This document shows positions 18,353-29,212 of a stretch of 64,000 nt of DNA, one piece after another. The number at the start of each line of letters is the position of its first letter. Positions within the stretch are counted from its first letter, which is position 1. The translations under genes and the position numbers were made by a program. A model generated the notes under the pieces. The model saw nothing but the letters and a program-made list of their open reading frames with translations. It was not told where the DNA came from and did no database searches. Origin of the DNA: an uncultured Trueperaceae bacterium (GTDB taxonomy: Bacteria; Deinococcota; Deinococci; Deinococcales; Trueperaceae); the NCBI GenBank assembly GCA_963815215.1, contig CAWFFU010000008.1:64001-128000 (forward strand). Reading direction: 5' to 3'.

Positions 18353-19302
18353 GCCGACGGGCTCCCGCCCCCGACGATGGACAGCGACTCGAGGCGTTCG
18401 AGGCCCGGATCGCGCGCGGCGAGAAGATCGAGCCGGGCGACTGGATGCCGGAGGCCTACCGTCGACAGCTCGTGAGGATGATCAGCCAGCACGCCCACAG
18501 TGAGGTGGTCGGCATGCTCCCCGAGGGCTTCTGGATCACGCGGGCCCCCAGCCTGCGGCGCAAGCTCATCCTCATCGCCAAGGTGCAGGACGAGGCCGGC
18601 CACGGCCAGTACCTCTACCACGCCGCCGAGACCCTGGGCGCTTCCCGCGACGAGCTTCTCGACGCCCTGCTGGCGGGTCGCGCGAAGTACTCCAGTGTCT
18701 TCAACTACCCCACCCTGAGCTGGGCCGACGTCGGAATGATCGGGTGGCTGGTGGACGGCGCGGCCATCCGCAACCAGCTCATGCTGGCACAGTGCTCCTA
18801 CGGCCCGTACTCGCGCGCGATGGTGCGCATCTGCGCCGAGGAGACGTTCCATCACAAGCAGGGCAAGGAGATGGTGCTGACCTACGCTCGGGGCAGCGCC
18901 CGGCAGCGGGCCATGACGCAGGGCGCGCTGGACCGTTGGTGGTGGCCGTCGCTGATGATGCTGGGCCCGCACGACGGCGACTCACCGAACACGCCCCAGC
19001 TCGCCCGTTGGGGGATCAAGACGAAGACCAACGACCAGGTACGGCAGGAGTTCATCGACGAGCACGCTCCCGAGCTGATGGAAGCGGGCCTCGCCCTCCC
19101 CGACCCGGAGCTGGCGTTCGATGCGTCGAGCGGTCACTGGCTACACGGCCCCATCGACTGGGACGAGTTCTGGAGCGTCGTGAAGGGGCACGGGCCGCTC
19201 AACGCCGAGCGCCTCGCCGCACGCCGCAAGGCCCACGAGGACGGCGCCTGGGTGCGCGAGGCGATGGCCGCCCACAGCGCCCGCACGCAGGGGGCCGCCT
19301 GA
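18349..19302 (+). CDS. paaA: Phenylacetyl-CoA 1,2-epoxidase catalytic subunit A
   Basis: [42 protein letters not shown]. Confidence 0.96.
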   Translation: MSRRAPAPDDGQRLEAFEARIARGEKIEPGDWMPEAYRRQLVRMISQHAHSEVVGMLPEGFWITRAPSLRRKLILIAKVQDEAGHGQYLYHAAETLGASRDELLDALLAGRAKYSSVFNYPTLSWADVGMIGWLVDGAAIRNQLMLAQCSYGPYSRAMVRICAEETFHHKQGKEMVLTYARGSARQRAMTQGALDRWWWPSLMMLGPHDGDSPNTPQLARWGIKTKTNDQVRQEFIDEHAPELMEAGLALPDPELAFDASSGHWLHGPIDWDEFWSVVKGHGPLNAERLAARRKAHEDGAWVREAMAAHSARTQGAA

Positions 19303-19852
19303 TGGCCGGCCGCGCCCCCCGCGACGGCCAGGGCCCGCGCTGGGAGGTCTTCAAGCAGGACGCCCCCGACAGGCCCCACCAGGCCGTCGGCTCGGTGCAC
19401 GCCGCCGACCCCGAGCACGCGCTGCTGATGGCCCGCAGCGTCCACGCCCGCCGCCCCTCCGCCGTCAGCCTGTGGGTGGCGCCGGCCGACGCCGTCTTCG
19501 CCGTGACCGCGGAGGAGCTACACGCCGCCGCACCCTGGCCGGTCGAGGAGGGCGGCTCTAGCCGCCGCTTCCTGGTGTTCCGCAAGACGAGCCACCGCCG
19601 CGCCATGACCTTCGTCGATCACGTCGGTGCGGTGGATGCGCCGGGTCCGCGCGCGGCCGTCGCGGCCGCGAAGCGTACTTTCCCCGAACCACCGGCCCTG
19701 ACCTGGTGGGTGGTGCCGGCCGACGACGTGGTCGCCAGCCCCGAGAACGAAGCGGACGCCTGGTTCGACCCCGCCCGCGACAAGACCTACAAGCTGCAAT
19801 CGGCCTACGGGCTGCTGGCGCCCGGCAAGCACACGCGCGCGGGGGGCGGCTC

Positions 19853-19856
<4 letters not shown>
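19302..19856 (+). CDS. paaB: Phenylacetyl-CoA epoxidase subunit B with two tandem PaaB domains
   Basis: WEVF...VGSVHAADPEHAL..AR....RR....SLWV, then a second copy FLVF...HVGAVDA...WWVVP, ending PARDKTYK. Confidence 0.85.
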
Positions 19857-20629
<773 letters not shown>

Positions 20630-20685
20630 CGGCGTCGCCGACATCCGACCTCGGCCAGCACCGGCACCGTAGAGGAGGAACCGGC

Positions 20686-21201
20686 ATGGACCCGGCCCCC
20701 AAGCCCGTCGGCACGAGCGCGTCCCCGACCCCCGAGGCGGTGTGGGCCGCCTTGCAGGACGTGAAGGACCCCGAGATCCCGGTGGTGTCGGTGGTCGAGC
20801 TCGGCATGGTGCGCGCCGTGGAGGTGACGGGCACGCACGTGCGGGTCGACATCACCCCGACCTTCGCGGGTTGCCCCGCCTTCCATGCCATCCGCGAGGC
20901 CGTGAGCGACCGCATCCGGACGCTCGGCGCCGGCGAAGTCGAGGTGCGGCGGCGGCTCGCGCCGGCCTGGAGCTCGGACGACATGAGCGACGCCGCGCGC
21001 ATCAAGCTGCACGCCTTCGGCATCGCTCCCCCACGCGCTCACGGCGGCCTCGTTGTGCCTGAGCTCGAGGCGCCGGTCGCATGCCCGCGCTGCAGCAGCT
21101 TCGATACCGATCTGCGGGGCGCCTTCGGCAGTGCGTTGTGCCGGGAGATCTACACCTGCCGCTCCTGCCAGGAGACCTTCGAGCGCTTCAAGCCGCTGTG
21201 A
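20686..21201 (+). CDS. paaD: Phenylacetyl-CoA epoxidase subunit D (PaaD/PaaJ)
   Basis: VKDPEIPVVSVVELG, TPTFAGCPA, CPRC...C..IYTCRSC..F..FKPL. RBS GAGGAGG. Confidence 0.93.
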   Translation: MDPAPKPVGTSASPTPEAVWAALQDVKDPEIPVVSVVELGMVRAVEVTGTHVRVDITPTFAGCPAFHAIREAVSDRIRTLGAGEVEVRRRLAPAWSSDDMSDAARIKLHAFGIAPPRAHGGLVVPELEAPVACPRCSSFDTDLRGAFGSALCREIYTCRSCQETFERFKPL

Positions 21202-21232
21202 CGCCCGGTCACAGCCCCTCTCACAGCCGCTC

Positions 21233-22099
21233 TCACCGCAGCAACGCCACGATGACCAATGCGAAGCCGCCGGAGCTCACCGCTGCCAGACGCATGGCGG
21301 CGCGGTAGTTGGCGGCGACCTGCGCCTCGTCGAAACGCGCGGCCCACGCGAGCATCCAGCCTCCGACGGCCACGAAGAACAGCGCCACCGCCGCCACCCA
21401 GCCCGGCGCCGCCCGCTGCCACAGCTCTACCAGCATCACGCCGCCGCCGGCGGCGAGCGCTGCCACCGCCAGGCGCAGCGCACGCCGGGGACCGAGCAGC
21501 ACCGGCAGTGTGCGGTCGCCGCGGCGGCGGTCTTCCAGCGTCTGGTAGCTCTGCGTGACCACGTACAGGCCGGTCACGACCAGCGCCGTGCTGAGCATAC
21601 CGATGGCGCCGGTCGCGGACGCCAGCCCCAGAGCCGGCGCCACCGCCAGCCATCCCAGCGCGAAGCCCAGGGCCCCCTGGCCCAGCGCGATGGCCGCCAG
21701 GGCACCTACGGGGTTCGCCTTCAGGCGCACCCACGGGTGCGAGTAGGCGGCGAACACCAGGAACAGCAGCAACCACGCCACCGTGAAGCCGCGCCCTACC
21801 AGCAGCGCCAGCGGCAGGCCGAGCGCCTGCACGGCCAGCGAGAACGGCAGCAGCCCGGGGCTCACCCCGGGCGGCTCCAGCATGCCCCCCACCGGTCCCT
21901 CGTCACGGTCGTAGTAGGAGTTGAAGGCGGTGGTGCCGCCGTAGAGGAAGAGGTGGACGGAGAGGTACCCGAGCCACACGCCTCCGTCCAGCAGGCGGCC
22001 CCCGCCCAGCAGGACGCCCCACAGGTAGATGGGGCTCAAGAGAACGTTGAAGTGGAGCCGGAGATGGCGAACGAACGGGTGCGACCACGGCGCGCTCAC
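21233..22099 (-). CDS. UbiA-family prenyltransferase, read in frame as the C-terminal part of ORF 21233..23356
   Basis: About 8 TM segments, NSYYDRDEG, YSHPWVRLK and EDRRRGDRTLPV motifs. Own GTG with GGAG 8 nt upstream. Confidence 0.85.
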   Translation of the reverse strand: MSAPWSHPFVRHLRLHFNVLLSPIYLWGVLLGGGRLLDGGVWLGYLSVHLFLYGGTTAFNSYYDRDEGPVGGMLEPPGVSPGLLPFSLAVQALGLPLALLVGRGFTVAWLLLFLVFAAYSHPWVRLKANPVGALAAIALGQGALGFALGWLAVAPALGLASATGAIGMLSTALVVTGLYVVTQSYQTLEDRRRGDRTLPVLLGPRRALRLAVAALAAGGGVMLVELWQRAAPGWVAAVALFFVAVGGWMLAWAARFDEAQVAANYRAAMRLAAVSSGGFALVIVALLR

Positions 22100-23356
22100 A
22101 CGGCGGACTCCGATGGCGGACCGGCATCGAGACCGGCATCGAGACCGGCATCGGCGCTCGAGACCCCGCATCGTGAAGCGCCGCGCGAAGACCCCCGCCA
22201 GGGGGGTGCGGAGCCCCGTCCACACCGCGGCCGCTCGCAGGCTCGGCGCCGGCGACGCCCGGCCGACCCGCAGGTTGAACGCCGCCCGGTGCGCGGCCGT
22301 CCGTGCCGCCGGCAATCGCGCCGCCTCGTAGCCGGCCAGCGCCCGCTGCAGCCCCTCGACCGGTAGCTGGGTCAGGTCCTGGCCGGCGCGGGCGGCCAGC
22401 ACGCGGGCGGCCAGCACACCGGCGTCGAGCCAACCGAGGTTCATCCCCTGACCCCCGAACGGCGGGAGCACGTGCGCAGCGTCCCCCGCCAACGCCACCC
22501 GGCCGGCCACCAGGCGGCGCATCAGCAACGTGCGCACCCCGAAGGCGCTCACCATGCTGCAGCGGTGCGCGTCCAGGCGTTCCCCCACCCGCTCCAGCAC
22601 CCGGTCGGCCAGCCAGCTCGCGGCGCGCCGATCCGTCGCGGCACGGGGTTCCGGGGCGTCGCCGGGTTCCGGGGCGGGCCTGCCGTCGGATGAGACCGCC
22701 ACCACCCAGCGCCGCAGACCGTCCGGCAGGGGGAACGACTCCACCACCCCACCGGCGGTGAGGTAGATGGCAGCGTCAGGCCCCAGCCGCGTTTCGTCCG
22801 GGAAGTCGCCCATCATGAAGCGATCGGGGTAGCGGCGCTCCTCGAAGGGAAGCTCGAGCCAGCCGCGAACGGCACTGTCGTGCCCGTCGCAACCGACCAC
22901 CAGGGCGGCCTCTAGGCCACCGCCGTCGGCGAACTGCAGGCGCACGCTCGCCTCGGCACGCTCCAGCGCCACCACCTCCACCCCCCGACACAGCTCCACG
23001 CTCGGATGGGAGGCCAGGCGTCTCTCCAGCAGGCGCTCGCTCTCGGCCTGGGGCAGGGTCAGCACGAAGCGGTAGGGAGGTGGGCAGCTCCGGAACGACA
23101 GCGTGCCCAGGCGGGTGCGGCCGGCGTAGGCATGCCCCCGCTCGACGCACACGCCGCGCGTCACGAACGACTCGGCCAGGCCCAGGCGAGCGGCGATCTC
23201 CAGGGCCGGGGGGTGCACCCCGATCGAGCGCGAGTGGGTGGACCGTTGCCGTCGGCGCTCGAGCACCGCCACCCGCACGCCCTGGTCGGCCAGCAGGCAG
23301 CCGAGCAGCAGCCCGACCGGGCCGCCACCGACCACGGCGACCTCGACGCGACTCAC
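22096..23356 (-). CDS. FAD-dependent monooxygenase (UbiH/PHBH-like); no in-frame stop before the UbiA domain
   Basis: GGGPVG, GCDG, GDAAH..PPFGGQGMNLG..D motifs. Confidence 0.88.
22119..22153. repeat. 12-bp tandem repeat (about 3 copies) at the monooxygenase/UbiA junction
   Basis: Unit GACCGGCATCGA. Confidence 0.85.
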
Positions 23357-24057
23357 CCCCGCGCCTCCGCCTCGCGCCGCTCGAACGCCAGCAGCGCACG
23401 GAACGGCGGCATGCGCTGCACCCGCCAGCCCTCGGGCGCCAGGGCGCGCAGCTCGTCAGGCCGGTAGGCACGGCGGATCGAGCGCAGACCGTCGGGCACG
23501 ATGAACGATCCGCGGAACAACGGCCGCAGCGGCGCGAACGCCAGCAGCGCCAGCGCGTTGCGCCGCAGGTCGTTGTGGAGCGCCGCGACACGGGCCAGGC
23601 TCGCCGTGGCAGCGAGGAAGGCGGGCACCTCCGCCTCGCTGAGGTGGTGCAGCACGTGGTTGGAGATCACGAAGTCGTAGCGCTCCCCGTCGGCGAGAAG
23701 GTCTTCCACGGCGGCCTGGCGGTAGCACACCTGCGGGTTCGACCCGTGCGCCCGGGCGAACGCCAACGCGCGGGCGTCGGGGTCGACGGCGGTGATCGCC
23801 AGCGGGACTCCCGCCGCCGCCGACCACGTCGCGAGGTTGCGCGCGACGTCGCCGCCGCCGCAACCGACGTCGAGCAACGTCGCGCCGGGCCGCGCGCGGG
23901 GCTCGAGCCAGCGCTCGAACACGCCGCGCCAGCCCGCCAGCCAGCGGTTGACCACGGCGAACTGGGCGTAGGTGGCGCTCAACCGCTCGCCGTCACAGCC
24001 CGGATCGTCCATGGCCTCGCGCAGGTCCGTGGCGCGGCGCCGGAGCAACAGGCTCAT
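23353..24057 (-). CDS. Class I SAM-dependent methyltransferase
   Basis: [18 protein letters not shown]...; [32 protein letters not shown]. 4-nt start/stop overlaps with both neighbours. Confidence 0.9.
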   Translation of the reverse strand: MSLLLRRRATDLREAMDDPGCDGERLSATYAQFAVVNRWLAGWRGVFERWLEPRARPGATLLDVGCGGGDVARNLATWSAAAGVPLAITAVDPDARALAFARAHGSNPQVCYRQAAVEDLLADGERYDFVISNHVLHHLSEAEVPAFLAATASLARVAALHNDLRRNALALLAFAPLRPLFRGSFIVPDGLRSIRRAYRPDELRALAPEGWRVQRMPPFRALLAFERREAEARG

Positions 24058-25151
24058 GCCGCGCTCAACACCCCCGCGTCGACCGTCAGCCCGGGGCCGA
24101 ACGCCATGGCAACGACCGGCTCGCCAGGCTCGAGCCCGTCCTCCAGGATCCTCTGCAGCACGAACAGCACGGTCGCGCTCGACATGTTGCCGTAACGCGC
24201 CAGCACCGCACGCGAGGCTTCCAGCGCCGCCGGGGGCAGTGCCAGGCCGCTCTCGACGCGGTCGAGGATGGCGCGTCCGCCCGGGTGCACCGCCCAGCGT
24301 CGTACGTCCTCTCGGCGCGTGCCGGCTGCCCGAAGAAGTGGCTCCACGGCCTCCTGCGCACGCGCCCCCACGATCCTGGGCACGTAGCTGGAGAGCACCA
24401 TCTCGAAGCCGGTGTCGCCGATGGTCCAGGCCATCGCGTCGGCGCCTTCCGGCGCGACACCCGAGGAGAAGTGGTCCAGGCGCAGGCCCCCCGCCTCCGG
24501 CCGCCGCGCGCTCACCACCGTGGCGGCGCCACCGTCGGCGAACACCGAGCCCGCCACGAGCGCGTCGAGCTCGCAGCTCGGCTGCAGGTGGAGCGAGCAC
24601 AGCTCCACCGCCGCCACCAGCACCACCGCGTCGGGGTCGGCGCGGCAGAAGGCCTCGGCCATGCGCAGCGCCGGGAAGGCGGCGTAGCAGCCCATGAAGC
24701 CCAGGTGGTAGCGCTCCGTGGAGGGCGCCAGCCCCAGCTCGCGCACCACGGCGAGGTCCGGGCCCGGCGCCACGAACCCTGTGCAGGACACGGTGATGAC
24801 GTGGGTGACATCCGCGGCGTCGAACCCGTCGGCGCGCTCGAGGGCGCGGCGCGCGACCCGCGGGAAGAGCGCCATCGCTTCGCGTGCGTACACGGCGTTG
24901 CGCTCGGCCGTGCCCGGGCTCCGGAACGCGCCGCTGGCGGCGTCGCGGTAGAAGCCGCGCGCGCCGTCCGGCGCGAAATCGCCCACCACGCTGTGGCGGG
25001 TGTCGATGCCGGAGTGCTGGTAGATGCGGTGGAGCAAGTGGTCGGTGCGGCGATCGCCGCCCACCCACGCCTTCATCACGTCGCGCGCGACGGTCTGGTC
25101 GTAGGCCGTCTCGGGCACGGCCGATGCAACACCGTGCAGGTATGCGGACAT
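24054..25151 (-). CDS. Type III polyketide synthase
   Basis: Catalytic triad Cys (FMGCYAAF), His (AVHPGG), Asn (YGNMSSAT); ELCSLH; AFGPGL. Confidence 0.95.
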   Translation of the reverse strand: MSAYLHGVASAVPETAYDQTVARDVMKAWVGGDRRTDHLLHRIYQHSGIDTRHSVVGDFAPDGARGFYRDAASGAFRSPGTAERNAVYAREAMALFPRVARRALERADGFDAADVTHVITVSCTGFVAPGPDLAVVRELGLAPSTERYHLGFMGCYAAFPALRMAEAFCRADPDAVVLVAAVELCSLHLQPSCELDALVAGSVFADGGAATVVSARRPEAGGLRLDHFSSGVAPEGADAMAWTIGDTGFEMVLSSYVPRIVGARAQEAVEPLLRAAGTRREDVRRWAVHPGGRAILDRVESGLALPPAALEASRAVLARYGNMSSATVLFVLQRILEDGLEPGEPVVAMAFGPGLTVDAGVLSAA

Positions 25152-25255
25152 GGGTCATTATGCAGGCCGTCGCGTCGGGCGACGGTAGGCCGGCACCCAG
25201 GCCCGCGGGCGGCGCGCTTTCAGACCTTTCATGTGCGCCCTGACAAGATGGCTGC

Positions 25256-26404
25256 ATGGTCCAGCCGATCCTCCCCCCACACGCAACCCGCCGGCGGGCC
25301 GTCCTGCTGCTGGCCGCTGCCATGCTGGCGCTGGCGACGGCCGGCGCCGCCCTGGCACAGGACGCCGGCTCCGCCTCCACCCCGTTCGTCGACAAGCAGG
25401 GGCTCGATCTGGCGGAGAAACGTGTCATCAACGTCTACAACCGGGTCGCGCCGTCGGTGGTCAACATCACCACCCAGGTGCTCCAGCCCAGCTTCTTCTA
25501 CGGCTCGGTCCCCGCGCAGGGCGCCGGCTCCGGCTTCGTCATCGATACCGACGGCCACATCCTGACCAACTACCACGTCATCGAGAACGCACAACGCATC
25601 GACGTCGCCTTCGGCAACGGCACCACGCTGAAGGCGACGCTGGTCGGCAGCGACGCCCGCAACGACATGGCGGTGCTCAAGGTCGACGCCCCCAAGAGTC
25701 TGCTCAAGCCCGTCACCTTCGGTGACTCCGAGCACCTGCAGGTGGGGCAGCGCGCTATCGCCATCGGCAACCCGTTCGGCGAGTTCGGCCGCACCCTGAC
25801 CACCGGCGTGGTCAGCGCCCTGAACCGCTCCATCCAGGGCCCCTCCGGCCTCCCCATCACCGGCATCATCCAGACCGACGCCGCCATCAACAAGGGCAAC
25901 TCGGGCGGACCGCTGCTCGACAGCGCTGGACGCGTGATCGGCATCACCAGCGCCATCTTCAGCCCGTCGGGGACCAACGCCGGGGTGGGCTTCGCGTTGC
26001 CGATCGCCACGGTCAAGCGGGTGCTGCCGTCGCTGCTGAAGAGCGGCTCCTACCCCCACCCCTACCTGGGCGTGAAGTACGCCCACACCCTGACGCCGGC
26101 GCTGTCTCGTGCGCTGGGGTTGAAGAGCGACCACGGCCTGTTGCTGGTGCAACTCGTCTCCGGCAGCCCGCTCGATCGGGCCGGCCTGCAGGGCGCACAG
26201 CAACAGCAGGTGGTGGGCAACCGCTTGTTCTACGTCGGCGGCGATGTGCTGCTGGCGGTCGACAGCCACACGGTCCGGAATCTGGGCGACCTCAAGGCTT
26301 ACCTCGAGAACCACTATCGCGTGGGCGACAAGGTGAGCGTGACCTACTCACGCGCGGGCCAGCAGAAGCAGGTGACGCTCACGCTGGCGCGCGAGCCGCA
26401 GTAG
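25256..26404 (+). CDS. HtrA/DegP-like secreted serine protease with PDZ domain
   Basis: Signal peptide with TRRR, GSGF, TNYHV, QTDAAINKGNSGGPL, C-terminal PDZ. Confidence 0.93.
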   Translation: MVQPILPPHATRRRAVLLLAAAMLALATAGAALAQDAGSASTPFVDKQGLDLAEKRVINVYNRVAPSVVNITTQVLQPSFFYGSVPAQGAGSGFVIDTDGHILTNYHVIENAQRIDVAFGNGTTLKATLVGSDARNDMAVLKVDAPKSLLKPVTFGDSEHLQVGQRAIAIGNPFGEFGRTLTTGVVSALNRSIQGPSGLPITGIIQTDAAINKGNSGGPLLDSAGRVIGITSAIFSPSGTNAGVGFALPIATVKRVLPSLLKSGSYPHPYLGVKYAHTLTPALSRALGLKSDHGLLLVQLVSGSPLDRAGLQGAQQQQVVGNRLFYVGGDVLLAVDSHTVRNLGDLKAYLENHYRVGDKVSVTYSRAGQQKQVTLTLAREPQ

Positions 26405-26424
26405 CGGCAGGCGCCCGCCGCAAC

Positions 26425-26453
26425 GGTGCGGGGCGCTGCCTGCGCCCCGCACC
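26425..26453. terminator. Hairpin between convergent htrA and acyl-CoA dehydrogenase genes
   Basis: GGTGCGGGGCGC-TGCCT-GCGCCCCGCACC 12-bp stem. Confidence 0.5.
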
Positions 26454-26480
26454 TCACGACGCCATGGCGTCGGCGTCAAG

Positions 26481-28226
26481 CTAGAAGGGGTAGCCGTCCG
26501 CCGCCAGCACCGCCTGGGCCGCGTCGCGTCGCAGCGCGATGAGGTCGACGCCGTGGTCAGCCAGGTAGTTGGCTGCGCTGCCCTGCGCCTGCGCCCCTCC
26601 CGGGATGCGCCGCAACGCCTCGGCGGCGAGCGGACGCGCGCGATCGACGGCGGCCAAGGCGTAGAGCCTCGCAAGCAACGCGGCGCGCTCGCCGGCCTCG
26701 CCGCCGAGTAGACGTTCGGCGCGCAGCAGCGCCGAGTCGGCCAGGTAGACCAGACCCACCATGTCCGCGGCGTGGCCCATCAGCTCCTGCTCGTGCTCGA
26801 GCTTCTGGGCGTAGGCCATCGCGCCCATGCCGGCCACCAGCAGGGTGGCGCGTTTGAGGTTCTCGACCGCCACCACTGCGTCGGCCAGCGCCTCCGGCGC
26901 GTCGACCTCCGCCACGGGCTCACCTTGCAGCGCGGCCTGCGCCGGTCCCAGCAGGTCGACCGCGCCGCGCATGGCGCGCTTGAGGAGCTGCTCGACGGTC
27001 AGCAAGCGGTTGATCTCATTGGTGCCCTCGAAGATGCGGTTGATGCGGCTGTTGCGGTACGCGAGCTCGACCGGGTAGTCGGCCGAGAAGCCGTAGCCGC
27101 CGTACACCTGTAGTGTTTCGTCCACCACCATGTCGAGGATCTCGCTACCGAACACCTTGATGAACGAGTACTCGACCACGTACTCGTTGAGCGCCCGTGA
27201 CTGCTCGGGGCCTTCGGGAACGCCATCGAGCACCGTGTCCATATCCCCGGCGAGGCGGTAGACGGCGCTCTCGAGCGCGAACGCTTCGGCCGCCATCCGC
27301 CCGAGCTTGTCCTGGATGAGCCCGAAGCTGGCGATCGGCACGCCGAACTGGTGGCGCTCCTGGGCGTATCCGCTGGCGAGCCCGATGAGCTGCTTGACGC
27401 CGCCCACCGCACCCACCGCGAGCTTGTAGCGGCCGATGTTGAGGGTGCCCAGCGCGATGTGCGCGCCCTTGCCGACCTCGCCGAGGAGGTTCTCCACGGG
27501 CACGCGCACGTTCTCGAGGATCACCTGGCGCGTCGAGGACCCCTTGATCCCCATCTTCTTCTCTTCGGCCCCGAAACTGAGGCCCGGCGACGCGCGCTCG
27601 ACCAGGAAGGCGCTGAACTTGTCGCCGTCGATCTGCGCGAAGACCGTGAAGAGGTCGGCGAAGCCGGCGTTGGAGATCCACATCTTGGTGCCGTTCAGGA
27701 CGTAGGCGTCGCCATCGAGCACCGCACGCGTGCGGGCGGCCAGCGAGTCGGAGCCGCTGCCCGGCTCCGTGAGGCAGTACGCGGCGATCCACTCGCCGCT
27801 GGCCAGCTTGGGCAGGTAGCGCCGCTTCTGCTCGTCGGTACCGAAGTAGACCAGCGGCAGCGTGCCGATGCCGCTGTGGGCGTTGAAGGTGACGTTGAAC
27901 GAGCCCGAGCGCGCCAGCGCCTCGGTCACGACCGCCGACGCCGCCTTGCTGGCGCCCAGGCCGCCGTACGCCTCGGGGATCTCCACGGCCAGCAGGCCCT
28001 GCTCCCCGGCCCGGCTCATCGCCTTGCGACTGAGCTCGTAGGAGAGGTGCTCGAGCTCGTCGAAGACGGGGTCGATCTCCCGCTCCACGAAGGTTCGGGC
28101 CGTGGCGCGCATGAGCTTGAGTTCGTCGTCGAGCGCCTCGGGGATGAGGACGTTCTCGGCGGGCGTGCGTTCGATCAGGAAAGCGGAGCCGGTGGCGGCG
28201 CGAACTCGTTCGTCGGACACGGACAT
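26481..28226 (-). CDS. Long-type (FadE/VLCAD-like) acyl-CoA dehydrogenase
   Basis: AYCLTEPGSGSD, NGTKMWISN, KMGIKGSST, R.QFG, QVYGGYG, RINRIFEGTNEI. RBS GAGGAGG. Confidence 0.93.
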   Translation of the reverse strand: MSVSDERVRAATGSAFLIERTPAENVLIPEALDDELKLMRATARTFVEREIDPVFDELEHLSYELSRKAMSRAGEQGLLAVEIPEAYGGLGASKAASAVVTEALARSGSFNVTFNAHSGIGTLPLVYFGTDEQKRRYLPKLASGEWIAAYCLTEPGSGSDSLAARTRAVLDGDAYVLNGTKMWISNAGFADLFTVFAQIDGDKFSAFLVERASPGLSFGAEEKKMGIKGSSTRQVILENVRVPVENLLGEVGKGAHIALGTLNIGRYKLAVGAVGGVKQLIGLASGYAQERHQFGVPIASFGLIQDKLGRMAAEAFALESAVYRLAGDMDTVLDGVPEGPEQSRALNEYVVEYSFIKVFGSEILDMVVDETLQVYGGYGFSADYPVELAYRNSRINRIFEGTNEINRLLTVEQLLKRAMRGAVDLLGPAQAALQGEPVAEVDAPEALADAVVAVENLKRATLLVAGMGAMAYAQKLEHEQELMGHAADMVGLVYLADSALLRAERLLGGEAGERAALLARLYALAAVDRARPLAAEALRRIPGGAQAQGSAANYLADHGVDLIALRRDAAQAVLAADGYPF

Positions 28227-28308
28227 GCGGGGCCTCCTCACGGACCCGATCGAGGGCCCGGGCGGCGCTGGAGCGCGCGAACGCGTCCCCGGCGGCATCG
28301 ATGTCCGG

Positions 28309-28339
28309 AGTATAGCCATCCCCTTGTACTCGGTACAAG
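28309..28339 (-). promoter_or_regulatory. Promoter of the acyl-CoA dehydrogenase gene with a FadR(TetR)-type operator
   Basis: Minus strand TTGTAC-18 nt-TATACT. Palindrome CTTGTAC-TCG-GTACAAG covers the -35 and fits the Thermus FadR consensus TTRNACYNRGTNYAA as recalled. Confidence 0.7.
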
Positions 28340-28399
28340 TTGGTGACGGCGTCGCGGTACAAGGCGCCCAGGTACACGCCACCGGGCGCGTTCCTGTCT

Positions 28400-29161
28400 C
28401 TAGAACAGGGCCTCGACCACGCCTCCGTCCACTACCAGCGTCTGCCCCGTCATGTAGCCCGCCTGTTGCGAAGCCAGGTACGTCACCGCCGCCGCGATCT
28501 CGGCAGGCTCCGCCAGGCGCCTGGCCGGGATGCGGTCCACCAGCGCCTGCTTGGCCTGCTCGTTCTCGAACAGGTCGTCGAGGCGGGCCGTAGCGGTGTA
28601 GCCGGGCGCGACGTTGTTGACCGTGACGCCGTCCGCGGCGATCTCCTCCGAGAGCGTCTTGGCGAAGGCGGTCACCCCGGAGCGCAGCGCATTGGACAGC
28701 GCGAGCGTCAAGAGGGGCTGCTTGACCACGAAGGACGTGATGTTCACGATCCTGCCCCAGCGCTGGCGCCGCATGGCCGGCAACACCTCGCGCACCAGGC
28801 GCACCGACGACATCAAGGTGAGCTCGACGGCGCGAGCCCAGGCCTCCTCGTCGAGCGCGGTTGGCATCCCCGCGGGTGGGCCACCGGCATTGGCGACCAG
28901 CACCAGCGGATCCCCGACCAGGCGCCGGGTCTCCGCGACGATCCACTCGACCTCCGACAGACGGCTTACGTCTCCCGGCACCGCCACGGCCTCGCCCCCG
29001 GCCTGCTGGATGCGGTCCACGGCAAGGTCCAAGGCCGCACCGTCCCGCGCCACCAGGACCACTGTGGCGCCCTCGCCCGCCAACGCTTCGGCCACGGCGA
29101 GGCCGATCCCTTTCGACGCTCCCGTCACCAACGCGATCTTGCCCTTCAGTCCGAAATCCAT
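28400..29161 (-). CDS. SDR-family oxidoreductase
   Basis: TGASKGIG, NAGGPP, SNALR (SxxxR variant), NNVAPG, DGG. TACAAT 5 nt before the ATG. Confidence 0.92.
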   Translation of the reverse strand: MDFGLKGKIALVTGASKGIGLAVAEALAGEGATVVLVARDGAALDLAVDRIQQAGGEAVAVPGDVSRLSEVEWIVAETRRLVGDPLVLVANAGGPPAGMPTALDEEAWARAVELTLMSSVRLVREVLPAMRRQRWGRIVNITSFVVKQPLLTLALSNALRSGVTAFAKTLSEEIAADGVTVNNVAPGYTATARLDDLFENEQAKQALVDRIPARRLAEPAEIAAAVTYLASQQAGYMTGQTLVVDGGVVEALF

Positions 29162-29212
29162 GCGGCATTGTAAGCGCCCGCCGGAGGCGCCGAAGGGGAA
29201 CCCACGCACGTG

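Noticed and set aside
17761..19302. TetR-PaaA fusion suggested by the 513-aa ORF
   Set aside because: TetR and PaaA are in different frames, joined by a GTGA overlap at 18349-18352.
23353..25431. 692-aa ORF as an extended methyltransferase
   Set aside because: The N-terminal part is an alternative frame of the PKS gene; the real start is the ATGA overlap at 24057.
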